DNA of 64,000 nucleotides from Oligoflexales bacterium (GTDB lineage Bacteria; Bdellovibrionota_B; Oligoflexia; Oligoflexales; Bog-1112): NCBI GenBank assembly GCA_045105515.1, contig JBGCDR010000181.1, positions 35,501 to 99,500 of the forward strand, read 5' to 3'. Shown piece by piece: positions 53,524 to 63,288 of this stretch (position 1 is its first letter; each line of letters starts with the position of its first letter). The notes under the pieces were generated by a model. It saw only the letters and a program-made list of their open reading frames with translations, ran no database searches and was not told where the DNA came from. The position numbers and the translations under genes were made by a program.

Positions 53524-53856
53524 GCTAAAGACCCTTCATCCAATTTAGAGTCCCCACGCTACCCTCTCCTTCATCTTCAGCTTCAGTAAACAAAGCTTTT
53601 AAAGGTTAACTAATAAGATTATACAATAAGTTTGAAGGCACCTCACACTTTGTCATTTGTTATGAATTTTATTGGTAGAATGCTATCTAAAGATTGCTTG
53701 GAAGTTAATTTTGCTATAAAAAATGCAAAAATGCATTTAGCATAATCTCAATTTTGGCCCCATCTAAGAGGAGGCCATCCTAACTCAAGTAGATTTAGTT
53801 CAGAACGTTCAGAAACAGTAAAATATCAATGTTTTAAGTAATTTAGGGAGCATACC

Positions 53857-55065
53857 ATGTTTTTACCCTCACCTCATGGCCCCCCACTAAAAGTCGGAAT
53901 CATGCGTACCAGCAGTATTGGCGATGTTGTGTTGGCCACTTCTTGCTTGCACCTTCTTAACCAGCTAAAAATGCCTATTGAAGTCACTTGGATCGGCAAA
54001 AGCCCTTCTATTGGCCTGATCAAATCTGCTTTTCCTGACGTACGTTGCGTTGAACTAAACAAAGACACTGAGTTGTCTCAGGTATTGAAACAACTCAGTG
54101 ATCTACATTTTTTTATCGACCTTCAGACCAACCTCAGGTCTCGATGGCTTGGTTTAAACTTTAAACGTCTCTATAAGAAACCAGTTTATACCTGTGATAA
54201 ACAACAGATTTGGCGGAACCGACTTATTTTTGAAGGTAGGATCTATGGGCGAAAGCGTACCTTGCCAAAACGAGCTACTAAACCCGAAGCCTTACAGTAT
54301 CAGACCATGGCCGCGACTGTACTTCGAGCTATTAAGGAGCAGTTGCCTCCTGAAATGCGTAATGACATCGAGTCTTTCGACCCATATCCATTGCTCCCAA
54401 CAGACCATGATCTAAAAATAAGGCCTTGGCAAAAAGAACTAAAGTTTGGAAGCTGGCTCGCTGTATCTCCTGGAGCCTCATTTGAAGCAAAACGTGCACC
54501 AGTCAGCCTATTTAAAGATATTATTTCGGAGGTCCGAACAAAGTACTATGGGCGCCTGGGTGAAGGACACCAGCCTCTTGGCCTCCTACTTGTAGGCGAC
54601 AGTAAGGATAGAGAAGTGATCCTAGAATTGCTAGATCAATTGGGATGGAATGAACCTGTCTTAAATCTTGCCGGCAAACTCAGCCTTTGGGAAACTGCCC
54701 TAGCTCTTAAAGGCCAAAAATGTCTTATCAGTAATGATTCAGCACTTGGTCATATTGCTGAGACCGTTGGCACTCTTAGCTCAGTGCTATTTGGACCCAC
54801 CGTAGAGGGTTTTGGATTCGCTCCCCGCATGGAAGGTAGCAGAGCATTTTCAGTGCCCCTGGGCTGTCGCCCTTGCTCGAAGCATGGTAAAACCCCATGT
54901 AGGTACTGGGACCATCTGTGCTTCACAAGTATTTCCACAGAAGAAATATCTGAGCACATTGTCAATTTATTGGTAAAAAAGGCCCCTATACCGGAAAAAA
55001 CAGTTATAAAACATAGTATTGCCAGGAAGAGAATGCATAAACATGATTACCAGGTCCATCCATAA
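53857..55065 (+). CDS. Glycosyltransferase family 9 (LPS heptosyltransferase-like)
   Basis: SSIGDVVLA, IDLQ, SNDSALGHIA, LFGPT, CRPCSKHG..C. Confidence 0.9.
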   Translation: MFLPSPHGPPLKVGIMRTSSIGDVVLATSCLHLLNQLKMPIEVTWIGKSPSIGLIKSAFPDVRCVELNKDTELSQVLKQLSDLHFFIDLQTNLRSRWLGLNFKRLYKKPVYTCDKQQIWRNRLIFEGRIYGRKRTLPKRATKPEALQYQTMAATVLRAIKEQLPPEMRNDIESFDPYPLLPTDHDLKIRPWQKELKFGSWLAVSPGASFEAKRAPVSLFKDIISEVRTKYYGRLGEGHQPLGLLLVGDSKDREVILELLDQLGWNEPVLNLAGKLSLWETALALKGQKCLISNDSALGHIAETVGTLSSVLFGPTVEGFGFAPRMEGSRAFSVPLGCRPCSKHGKTPCRYWDHLCFTSISTEEISEHIVNLLVKKAPIPEKTVIKHSIARKRMHKHDYQVHP

Positions 55066-56428
55066 CTCTAAAGCTCAAGGACCAATTGCAAGCCTCCCTC
55101 TCAGTCCGGCCTACTTTGCATGGTCTGTGTGCATGCATGGGATTGCGAGTATCGGTACCATTCTAGCCTTTTTTTTTTCCAATCTTCAGCCTTATTTTTG
55201 GAACCGTGGTCTGAAGCACGCACAGAATTTCAGAAACCTAGTTTCCGCCAAACATAAAGATCGTTACCTGTTCTTCTGCAGTTCTGCCGGTGAGTATGAG
55301 CAAGGTCTTCCCCTTGCAAGAAAGTTAGAAAACGCGGGTAACGATGTAATAATCTGTTTTTTTTCCCTCTCTGGTTATCAATTCGCCCAAGCAAGAAAAG
55401 AAAAACGCTATTTCTTTCTATCGCCCATAGACTCCTACTGGTCATGGAAACGCGTTTTCAGAGCCCTCAAACCAAAAGCTAGCTTCGTAGTTAGGCATGA
55501 GGTATGGCCTGGTTTTTTGAAACTCGCAAGTTCTTGGAACGAGGGGGTCTTCTTGATTAATGCAAGTAAAAGCCTTTCTGCAAAATCCCAGGTACAACAT
55601 CGACTTAAAAGCAAACTTTTCAAGTATTTTCGTAAGATCTATTTTGTCTCACAGCATGAACAAACATACTTTACTCAAAACCTGCAAATACCTGCTCAAA
55701 AACTTATTTGCACAGGTGATAGTAAATACGACAGTGTATTCGAGCGCTCCATGCTTAAGAAAGCTGAGGCTGGCAAACACCAAGATTTGCTTGATCAATT
55801 TGGTAAGGTTGATTCACGCTTGGTACTTGGTAGTGCGTGGGAAAAGGATGTGGAGCTTGGGCTTGGAGCATTGGCCGATTTAAGGCAACAAGTAAATAAA
55901 TCACTACAGGTGATGGTAGCCTTGCATAAGCCAGAAGAGCCTGCTTTAACCGCAGTTGAGCAAGACTGTCAAAAGCTAAAACTCAGCTTTCGGCGCCTTT
56001 CTACCATGCTCCCTCTTCAGGACAAACCTCAAGATATTCCACGAGCACCTTATGACGTGATCATTGTCGATTCTGTAGGTATCTTGTCGGAGCTATACTG
56101 TTGCGGCCAGCTAGCATTCATCGGGGGAGCGCTGCATTATCAGGTGCATAATGTGCTAGAACCGGCATTTTACGCACTTGCACTTGCATATGGTCCTCTT
56201 TATAAAAATAGTGGTGAAGCCGTATTATTAGCAGAAGCAAAAGTTATAAGCATTATTAAAAACAAAAATGATTTAGCAAAATGGTGGACTGACCAAATTC
56301 ACACCGGGTATGAGAATGGCCAGAGAGCGAACGCTTTGATCAAGTCTTACTTAGGTGCAACCGAAGAAATATTAGCAGACTTAAAAGCAGAGCATATTTT
56401 TTATGACGGAAAAACAACTGATCATTAA
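55043..56428 (+). CDS. waaA: 3-deoxy-D-manno-octulosonic acid (Kdo) transferase
   Basis: SSAGEYEQ, EVWP, GDSKYD, DSVGILSELY, AFIGG..HNVLEPA. Confidence 0.85.
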   Translation: MITRSIHNSKAQGPIASLPLSPAYFAWSVCMHGIASIGTILAFFFSNLQPYFWNRGLKHAQNFRNLVSAKHKDRYLFFCSSAGEYEQGLPLARKLENAGNDVIICFFSLSGYQFAQARKEKRYFFLSPIDSYWSWKRVFRALKPKASFVVRHEVWPGFLKLASSWNEGVFLINASKSLSAKSQVQHRLKSKLFKYFRKIYFVSQHEQTYFTQNLQIPAQKLICTGDSKYDSVFERSMLKKAEAGKHQDLLDQFGKVDSRLVLGSAWEKDVELGLGALADLRQQVNKSLQVMVALHKPEEPALTAVEQDCQKLKLSFRRLSTMLPLQDKPQDIPRAPYDVIIVDSVGILSELYCCGQLAFIGGALHYQVHNVLEPAFYALALAYGPLYKNSGEAVLLAEAKVISIIKNKNDLAKWWTDQIHTGYENGQRANALIKSYLGATEEILADLKAEHIFYDGKTTDH

Positions 56429-57914
56429 CGTTAATCTTGCTGAAACTCGCATTGCCCTTCTTGAAAATGGAAACATGGCCGAAATCTTTATCGAGCGTAT
56501 CCATGATCAGGGCATAGTTGGAAATATCTTCAAGGGAATTATTACTCGGGTACTCCCCGGAATGAATTCAGCATTTGTCGATATAGGCCTAGACAAGTCT
56601 GCGTTTTTATTTGGAGGCGATGTTTGGGACCCTCAGCATGAAAAAACCACTCTTTCTCTCTCCGAAGAGGGGGATGAAAAAAAATTAATTGATAAACGGC
56701 CCATTGAGAAGGTGTTAAGAGATGGCCAAGAAATCATTGTACAGGTAGCAAAAGAGCCATTAGGCACCAAAGGCCCCAGGGTTACCATGTACCAAACAAT
56801 TCCAGGACGATTCCTGGTTTTAATGCCTAATTTTTCTCATATCGGTATCTCTCGTAGAATCGAACTTGAGGAAGAACGTGAGCGTTTGAAAGAAATTGTA
56901 GAAGGTATGGTTCCTGAAGGAGCCGGTGTTATTATTAGAACAGCTGCTATTGGAGTCGAAAAAGAGGTCTTACAAAAAGACCTAGGCTATCTCATTAAAC
57001 TATGGCACCAACTTGAGAAAGCCATCTCGGTCTCCCGTGCTCCTAGCCTACTTCACAAAGACCTAGATGTTTCTCAAAAAGTTACACGTGATCTTTACAG
57101 TCACGACATAAGTAGCATCACCGTCGATGATCATGAAACCTATTTACAATTAGGATCCTTCTTAAAAGCCACCATTCCAGGCGCATATCAAAAGCTTAAT
57201 CTATATACAGATCAAACACCTATTTTTGATGTCCATGGGGTTGAAATTGATATTGGTAGAGCTCTGGGTGAACGGGTTGAACTCCCTTCTGGAGGGTATT
57301 TAATCATTGAACAAACTGAAGCACTCACCTCATTTGATGTAAATACCGGTCGGTTTGTGGGTAAGGCAAATGCTAGACACACCATCTTGAGCACCAATAT
57401 AGAGGCAGCTAAGAAAGTAGTCGAGCAGCTCCGCATAAGAAATATTGGTGGCATTATCGTTGTCGACTTCATAGATATGGAAGACCAAGTTGATCGCGAA
57501 CTAATTTATGACACCCTAGTTGAAGAGCTAAAAACTGACAGAGCTAGAACCAATGTTCTCAGAGTGAGCGAGCTTGGACTTGTGCAAATGACACGCAAAC
57601 GCACTTCTGAATCATTAGAAAGGAGACTGCTCACAACTTGTCCATTTTGTGATGGCAAGGGAAGAGTGCGCAGCACAGAAACCGAAGCTTATGATTTATT
57701 GCGGGAAATACACCGTCACCATATCCAAACTGGCTGCACTAAAATGAAAGTTAGGGTCCGTCCAGAGGTTAGAGATTGGATTGAGAAAAAAGGTAAAGAG
57801 TTCTTTGAGCAGCTAAAAAGCCTGTACAAAATTGAAGTAGACTTTGAGAAGACACAGCTCAATCAAATCCTGCTCCGAGAAACTGCGTATGAGGTTTGGT
57901 CAGACAAAGAATAA
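56403..57914 (+). CDS. rng: Ribonuclease G (Rne/Rng family)
   Basis: S1 domain VLPGMNSAFVDIG, KEPLGTKGPR, DVNTG, IGGIIVVDFIDM, CPFCDG. Confidence 0.95.
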   Translation: MTEKQLIINVNLAETRIALLENGNMAEIFIERIHDQGIVGNIFKGIITRVLPGMNSAFVDIGLDKSAFLFGGDVWDPQHEKTTLSLSEEGDEKKLIDKRPIEKVLRDGQEIIVQVAKEPLGTKGPRVTMYQTIPGRFLVLMPNFSHIGISRRIELEEERERLKEIVEGMVPEGAGVIIRTAAIGVEKEVLQKDLGYLIKLWHQLEKAISVSRAPSLLHKDLDVSQKVTRDLYSHDISSITVDDHETYLQLGSFLKATIPGAYQKLNLYTDQTPIFDVHGVEIDIGRALGERVELPSGGYLIIEQTEALTSFDVNTGRFVGKANARHTILSTNIEAAKKVVEQLRIRNIGGIIVVDFIDMEDQVDRELIYDTLVEELKTDRARTNVLRVSELGLVQMTRKRTSESLERRLLTTCPFCDGKGRVRSTETEAYDLLREIHRHHIQTGCTKMKVRVRPEVRDWIEKKGKEFFEQLKSLYKIEVDFEKTQLNQILLRETAYEVWSDKE

Positions 57915-57931
57915 TCGACTCCCCAAATCAC

Positions 57932-58264
57932 CTAGCTGTTGTCATCCTTTTCAACACTTCTAATACCTCTAACAAATGCTTCCAGGTCATCATGAAAATT
58001 CGTGTGGTAAAGGTTCCAGATCTCACCACCTTGTAGACCTTTCTTTTCCATGATGAAGATAACCTCTACATCTCTTGCTAGTAATTTTGCAAGTAACTCC
58101 GAACTGTCTTTATGACCTTTTGCAATCCGAGTAGCAGCTTCAGTAGCTCTTTCTATAAGCAGATCGTCACTTGCACCGACAGACGCAAAACAAAAATCTA
58201 CCCATAAAAAAGAGCTGATACATAGTATAGAAATTTTTCTTTTCAGGGTACTTGGGAGTTGCAT
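57932..58264 (-). CDS. Small exported hypothetical protein
   Basis: 110-aa ORF, GGAGG RBS, N-terminal hydrophobic stretch. Confidence 0.6.
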   Translation of the reverse strand: MQLPSTLKRKISILCISSFLWVDFCFASVGASDDLLIERATEAATRIAKGHKDSSELLAKLLARDVEVIFIMEKKGLQGGEIWNLYHTNFHDDLEAFVRGIRSVEKDDNS

Positions 58265-58902
58265 GATTAGTATGCCTCCTTATTTTGGTACTAAACTTCA
58301 CGTACCTTTTTTACAAGGTTTATTTTACGGTTTTAGCTGTTTATTTCGTAGTTTAAGGGATTTGGTAAAAACCAACTATAGGCTTATACGAAGCATTTGC
58401 AAAGTTCAAGTGATTCTCGAAAGCCTAAATAAATTATTAAGCCCTTAAAGACCAAAGAATCAAAACAACAGAAGATCAAAGAAAGGACTTTCCCTACAAA
58501 AGGTTCTTTGCTATTGGTAAGACGCTTATGCTCCTTGATTTAGTTATGGCTTATTGACAATCAAGGTGCTTAATTTTTTCACATCACCTCGATATAAAAA
58601 AGTAACGAAAAAAGCGATCAAATTGATTTACTTGGGGTGTTGGGATTCTAGCATCTTTATAGGCTAATACGACTGCCTGTTTATGAGGCAATTTATTTTC
58701 GAGCTTATTGAATGAAATCTGAGCCAATGGAAAGTAAAGGTAGCTAGTTATATTCATATGATAGTGAAAAATTGAGGGTTTATGAGTTTAATAGTTAGTC
58801 TCAATAACACTCATGTGCTTTAAAAAAGCTTTTATAAGAGCTTCCTGAAATGTTAATCCTAAATTGGTTGGCAGTTTAAGTGAGGAAAAAAAGGAGATCC
58901 CT

Positions 58903-59034
58903 ATGCTAAAGAAAGTTATATTGTTTACAGCATCCATCCTTGCTCTGTTTTCTAAAGCTGTTTTGGCAAAATCCATTCAACTTGACTGTGAAACAGTCCA
59001 AGTTACTACTACAACAGGCACTGATGGTGGTTAA
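58903..59034 (+). CDS. 43-aa putative RiPP precursor peptide MLKKVILFTASILALFSKAVLAKSIQLDCETVQVTTTTGTDGG (not in ORF track)
   Basis: Hand-translated; AAGGAG RBS at 58891-58896, ATG 58903, TAA 59032-59034 directly abutting the YcaO-like ORF. Confidence 0.75.
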   Translation: MLKKVILFTASILALFSKAVLAKSIQLDCETVQVTTTTGTDGG

Positions 59035-59868
59035 TTGGGTTTTACGACCTTTATAAGAAATTGTTTTACGATGACCGAGGTCGGACAGTGGCCATTCCCC
59101 ATCACTCAGCACCGTTTTAAGGGTTATTGGCTAACAGTATTCGGAAAATCTCCTAAACATATTGGTTTGACTCAATACTCAGGCATGGGTATTCACCGAG
59201 ACCGTTCAATTTCCGTAAGCAAAGCTCTTGCAGAGTACATTGAACGAACTGCTTTTTTTCAAGATTCACTACAAAAAGAGCAAGAGTTTGATACCGTCGG
59301 TTTTGCAGCCTATCCCAAATTCCCCAATCCCTCTGTTGCTGGCAAAATAGTTTGGAGAAACTCCTACTACGAGGCCATTGAGAAATTTGTAGTGATGGAA
59401 TTTTGGAATAATCTTGATGTGGCTTATCGCCTCACTCACAATGCTGGCTATACTTTTATCTTTCCCAGCATCGAAAATTTCTCGGCATTCGTCTGTATTT
59501 GCATCGAAGAGATAGACGAAAATGGTATCGCTGTGGGATTTGCTTGCCATGACTCCCTACAAGAGGCCATGGAGAAAGCTAAAGTCGAGGTCCTAGCCCA
59601 CAAAATTGGCTCACACAATATAAGGCAAGGAGCAGGCTCTGATCTTCTGGTCTATCAGAAAAGGATGGAATTTTTGATGAGTCATGGGCAAGAAGCCTTT
59701 GCGTGGAGGCTAGCAAAAGAAGGTTGTTCACAAATAAGGATTCCACCGATTGAAATCGACAGACCTATTATTCAAGATCCATTTAAATCACATTTCATCC
59801 ATCATGTAAGATTGCAGGATCAAGGAAAATTCCTTGATCCCAAGGTTGTGGAAGTGGGATATGTTTGA
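59035..59868 (+). CDS. Compact YcaO-like protein
   Basis: GMG..SVSKALAEYIER, TVGFAAY, YYEAIEK, VGFACH..QEAMEKAKVE correspond to the YcaO ATP/Mg-binding motif series. Confidence 0.75.
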   Translation: MGFTTFIRNCFTMTEVGQWPFPITQHRFKGYWLTVFGKSPKHIGLTQYSGMGIHRDRSISVSKALAEYIERTAFFQDSLQKEQEFDTVGFAAYPKFPNPSVAGKIVWRNSYYEAIEKFVVMEFWNNLDVAYRLTHNAGYTFIFPSIENFSAFVCICIEEIDENGIAVGFACHDSLQEAMEKAKVEVLAHKIGSHNIRQGAGSDLLVYQKRMEFLMSHGQEAFAWRLAKEGCSQIRIPPIEIDRPIIQDPFKSHFIHHVRLQDQGKFLDPKVVEVGYV

Positions 59869-59882
59869 AGTGGAAATTTAAC

Positions 59883-60812
59883 TCAATACCCTGGTTCATT
59901 TAAGAGTTTAAAGTGGTGGCAGTCATCGCTTTCTAGCCATTCTTCTGTGGTAAAATCCCACGATCCATGGTTTGGATGATTTGATCCTATAGCTATAGGG
60001 GCACCACTGACACCATCAGATGACCATACGGCTTCCATAGTTCCATCAAGCATGATAGAAGCACAGGTTTCACGACCATTATTAGGGAATATAGGACCCC
60101 CGCCGTCTAATTTCAAGCTATGTTCAATATGCTTATCGTTTATAGGGGCCGGTCGACCCACACTATGAAAGGCTTCTCCCGATCCAGAGACACATGTGCA
60201 AGGTATGGGGTTATTACCATTTTCTAGACACTCTAATTCTAGGTTATTCGTCTCATCTATTAGTCGTCTCCCAGATTCTCTCCACTCACAAAAATCGTCA
60301 CTCAATTCCGGAGAGGCACCATCTGTCACACAACAAACACCATACCAAACATCGTCGACCATTACTTGTAATTCGCTATACGGCTGATCGGCGCAAGAAA
60401 TTGGGATGTTATTAAATAGATGGCGATCGGTGCCATCATCATCTTCATAGAAGAAGTGAAACTCATTTCCTTGACATTTTGCATGAATATCATATTTGTC
60501 TGCATACATTGTTCCAGCAGAGTCAGTAAGAAGCTCTTCATTTTCACGATAGGTATCGATTTCTGTTAAAGTACCTGGACAAACTGAAGCTGAGGCACTG
60601 GTATATTCAGTCTTGGTGACCTGACATGAAAAATTATTCCTCAGGTAGTGTCTTAGATCCATAAGATCAGACTCTTTATTTAAAGTCCGAAGCACTAGTT
60701 CAGATTGCCCTGTCAATCTAGCTGACATTACCGCAAAACTTGAAGCGATAGCCACATATATCATCACACTCACAAGTGTGAAGCCAGCTTGTTTAGAATG
60801 CTTAATTTCCAT
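59883..60812 (-). CDS. Prepilin-type N-terminal cleavage protein (paralogue A), Cys-rich C-domain
   Basis: KQAG|FTLVSVMI class III signal; Ser instead of Glu at +5. Confidence 0.8.
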   Translation of the reverse strand: MEIKHSKQAGFTLVSVMIYVAIASSFAVMSARLTGQSELVLRTLNKESDLMDLRHYLRNNFSCQVTKTEYTSASASVCPGTLTEIDTYRENEELLTDSAGTMYADKYDIHAKCQGNEFHFFYEDDDGTDRHLFNNIPISCADQPYSELQVMVDDVWYGVCCVTDGASPELSDDFCEWRESGRRLIDETNNLELECLENGNNPIPCTCVSGSGEAFHSVGRPAPINDKHIEHSLKLDGGGPIFPNNGRETCASIMLDGTMEAVWSSDGVSGAPIAIGSNHPNHGSWDFTTEEWLESDDCHHFKLLNEPGY

Positions 60813-60834
60813 CTCCTCTTACCTCTATATAAAA

Positions 60835-60861
60835 CTATCGAAACTAGAGTCTGAGACTTTA
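60835..60861 (-). promoter_or_regulatory. Putative sigma28-type promoter of prepilin A
   Basis: Minus strand TAAA-N15-TTCGATAG followed by GAGGT. Confidence 0.55.
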
Positions 60862-60982
60862 GCTTATTTTCTAAGCTCTTAATTATTCAGGGTATACTTT
60901 TAAGAGCTGAATGCCTTAAAATTGAATTTTACATCAGTAAATTGGCAAACCTTCTCAATAACTAAAAAAACAGATCCGAAAT

Positions 60983-61038
60983 TCATCCTGAGCAAAAGTC
61001 GAGGGATGGGATTTGTATCCTTTTTCAGGCGAGATGAC
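60983..61038. repeat. Degenerate REP-like repeat
   Basis: TCATCCTGAGCAAAAGTCGAGGGATG ... GCGAGATGAC resembles the 5381/5255 units. Confidence 0.5.
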
Positions 61039-61195
61039 AAAAAATATGTGATAACTGATTGTTACAGACTTTGGTCCCAAAGATTGTGGGACTGGGCATG
61101 ACGGCATGACAATGTGCTTTAAATTCCGGATTTGGGGTAAAACATCAAAAATAAAAGTGGTGGAAGTGGAGGATATTTTGAAGTGAGAATCAGAC

Positions 61196-61406
61196 TCAAT
61201 ACCCGGGTTCATATAAGAGTCTAAAGTTGAAACAACCATCTGGATGTGGAAGCCATGTGGATGTTGAATCATCCCATGGTGTCCAGTTTGGGGTGACCTG
61301 GTGATAAAGTGCCATCTGATCTTGAAGCGATTGTACTCATAGTTCCATCTGCATTTATAGTAATGCATTTTGTACGACCATTAGATGGAAAAACAGGACC
61401 TCCGTT
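61196..61406 (-). pseudogene. Silent C-terminal fragment of a third prepilin paralogue with one frameshift
   Basis: Hand translation NGGPVFPSNGRTKCITINADGTMSTIASRSDGTLSPGHP[+1]NWTPWDDSTSTWLPHPDGCFNFRLLYEPGY*; aligns with the C-termini of both flanking genes; lacks the N-terminal start and 5' region. Confidence 0.8.
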
Positions 61407-61435
61407 CCTATTACCTCAATCTTAAATTATCGAAA

Positions 61436-62329
61436 CTAAGGATAAAAATCTAGAAGCCTGAAATGATGACAACCATCTGGATGTGGGGTCCACTCTAAAT
61501 TTGGAATATCCCATGAGGCAGCAGGTGGTGAAGGACTAGAGGTAGCACCATCAACAGAGTAGATGGTACTCATAGATCCATCTGAATTGACATGAATGCA
61601 AGTTGCCTTAGTAGATTCAGGAAATAGGGGAGCACCATCAATTAACTCCAAACTACTTCGCGCATCGGATGGAGAGCCTACGCCATGATAAGTTTCTCCG
61701 AGTGCAGAGGTGCAGGTACAAGCAGCAGGGTTTAGTCCATTGGCAGGACAATCTAAATACAGCCCACTAGTATCATCGATCAAGGCTCTTCCAACTTCCC
61801 TCCAATCACATGCACTGCTGGTAATAAGTGGAGGTGCGCCATTTGCTGAACAGCAAATACCATTCCAAGTATCATCAAGAAAAACTTGTAAATTGCTCTG
61901 TGGCTCTCCACTGCATGAAATTGGAACCTCATTAAATATATGGCGATTGCTTACTTCTTTATCGGAGTAGTAGAAATGAAACTCGTCTCCCTGACACTCT
62001 GCGTGAATTCTGAACTTGTAAAATTCTGTTCCGCTGGTCCCTGCAAGAAGTTCCTCATTTTCCCGGTAAGCATCTATTGGCGTCAAAGTAGTCGGGCAAG
62101 ATGAACCCGTTGCTTCCTTATATTTTTTCTTGCTTACTTCGCAAGAAAAATTCGTCTTCAAATAGTGCCTTAGATCCATAATATGAGATTCTTTACTAAT
62201 AGTACGGAGTACATCTTTAGAATTACCTGTTAATTTCCCCGTCATCACCGCAAGAATAGACACCATTCCTATTGCCACTAATACGTGCAAAAGTGTAAAC
62301 CCAGATTCATTAGTGCCTTTGTTATCCAT
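61436..62329 (-). CDS. Prepilin-type N-terminal cleavage protein (paralogue B)
   Basis: NESG|FTLLHVLV class III signal, His at +5; shares MDLRHYL..NFSC, YRENEELL, EFHF, WRE.GR.LID with paralogue A. Confidence 0.8.
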   Translation of the reverse strand: MDNKGTNESGFTLLHVLVAIGMVSILAVMTGKLTGNSKDVLRTISKESHIMDLRHYLKTNFSCEVSKKKYKEATGSSCPTTLTPIDAYRENEELLAGTSGTEFYKFRIHAECQGDEFHFYYSDKEVSNRHIFNEVPISCSGEPQSNLQVFLDDTWNGICCSANGAPPLITSSACDWREVGRALIDDTSGLYLDCPANGLNPAACTCTSALGETYHGVGSPSDARSSLELIDGAPLFPESTKATCIHVNSDGSMSTIYSVDGATSSPSPPAASWDIPNLEWTPHPDGCHHFRLLDFYP

Positions 62330-62351
62330 TTCTCGCTACCTCTAATAGGGC

Positions 62352-62378
62352 GTATCGAAAAAATGTAATATCGGCTTA
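62352..62378 (-). promoter_or_regulatory. Putative sigma28-type promoter of prepilin B
   Basis: Minus strand TAAG-N15-TTCGATAC followed by GAGGT. Confidence 0.5.
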
Positions 62379-62499
62379 AAATACTTTCTAAGTACTAAAT
62401 AATTAATGTTTAAATAAGCTAAATTAAATATTACAAGATTATTTTTGCAATGGATTTTAGAAACGATTTATCGCAATTGAAATTGTTAAGTATCGGCTA

Positions 62500-63036
62500 T
62501 CAGTGTGGAATTTTTTCAGTTAAATCGGCAATATGCTCATCTGAAAGATACCGCTTGAACTTAACTCCTAATTTTTCAGTATAATTGTGAAATCCATGGT
62601 CGTCCCTAACAGAATTGATTTCGCAGACAAGGTCTTCAAGCATTTCAGCTAGAGTATAACAAATACTGGCATCACGGAAATCTCGATTGGTTAGGATATT
62701 TTTTACCTTACGCTTAGAATAATATTGAATAAATTCCCTCAATGAGGGCCAAGCTTCATCAAATTCAATATCATCGACCCCATCCTCATCAAATGATATC
62801 TTTAAGATGAATTTCTTGGTAGCTTCTATAAATTTGATATTATTACTATAATCTAGCTTATTGCATACCTCAGACATTCCTGCTTCTCCAAGCTCCTCGA
62901 ATGATTTTTTCTTAACCTGAGAATAGAATTCCTTTTTGAGACTACTTTCCAATAAGTAATTTGCCAAGGCGTCTACATTTGCGCAAAACCCTTGTTTCGA
63001 GATGAGTAGCAAAACAACTAAATTCAATATTTTCAT
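62500..63036 (-). CDS. Secreted hypothetical protein
   Basis: MKILNLVVLLLISKQGFCA signal-like N-terminus. Confidence 0.6.
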   Translation of the reverse strand: MKILNLVVLLLISKQGFCANVDALANYLLESSLKKEFYSQVKKKSFEELGEAGMSEVCNKLDYSNNIKFIEATKKFILKISFDEDGVDDIEFDEAWPSLREFIQYYSKRKVKNILTNRDFRDASICYTLAEMLEDLVCEINSVRDDHGFHNYTEKLGVKFKRYLSDEHIADLTEKIPH

Positions 63037-63288
63037 GAGAATATTTCCTGTAATGTATATAAAAAATGGCAATAGTCGCCGAATCTAGGAAAATTCAAGC
63101 ATACTGTCAAATAGTTTTAAGCGAATATGACTTAAGTTATTAAGAATTCGAAGATAAATCTATTCCTACTCATTTAAACACCTTCCGCACGAAGCCTTCA
63201 TTTTTAAAATCTCAGCCAACGTTTCGACCACAGATAGCGTATACCTTCTTGTTAATAATGCAGCTTGCTGCTAGCACAGGGAGAATGC

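Noticed and set aside
58263..58448. 61-aa ORF and the short minus-strand ORFs at 58788-59112
   Set aside because: No convincing RBS or motif; the minus-strand ones are antisense shadows of the peptide-YcaO cassette
60955..61368. 137-aa minus-strand ORF
   Set aside because: Alternative frame over the prepilin fragment and a REP-like repeat; homology lies in other frames
61196..61406. DGR template repeat or shufflon cassette
   Set aside because: No reverse transcriptase or recombinase in the window; differences include indels and many non-adenine changes; all copies are in the same orientation
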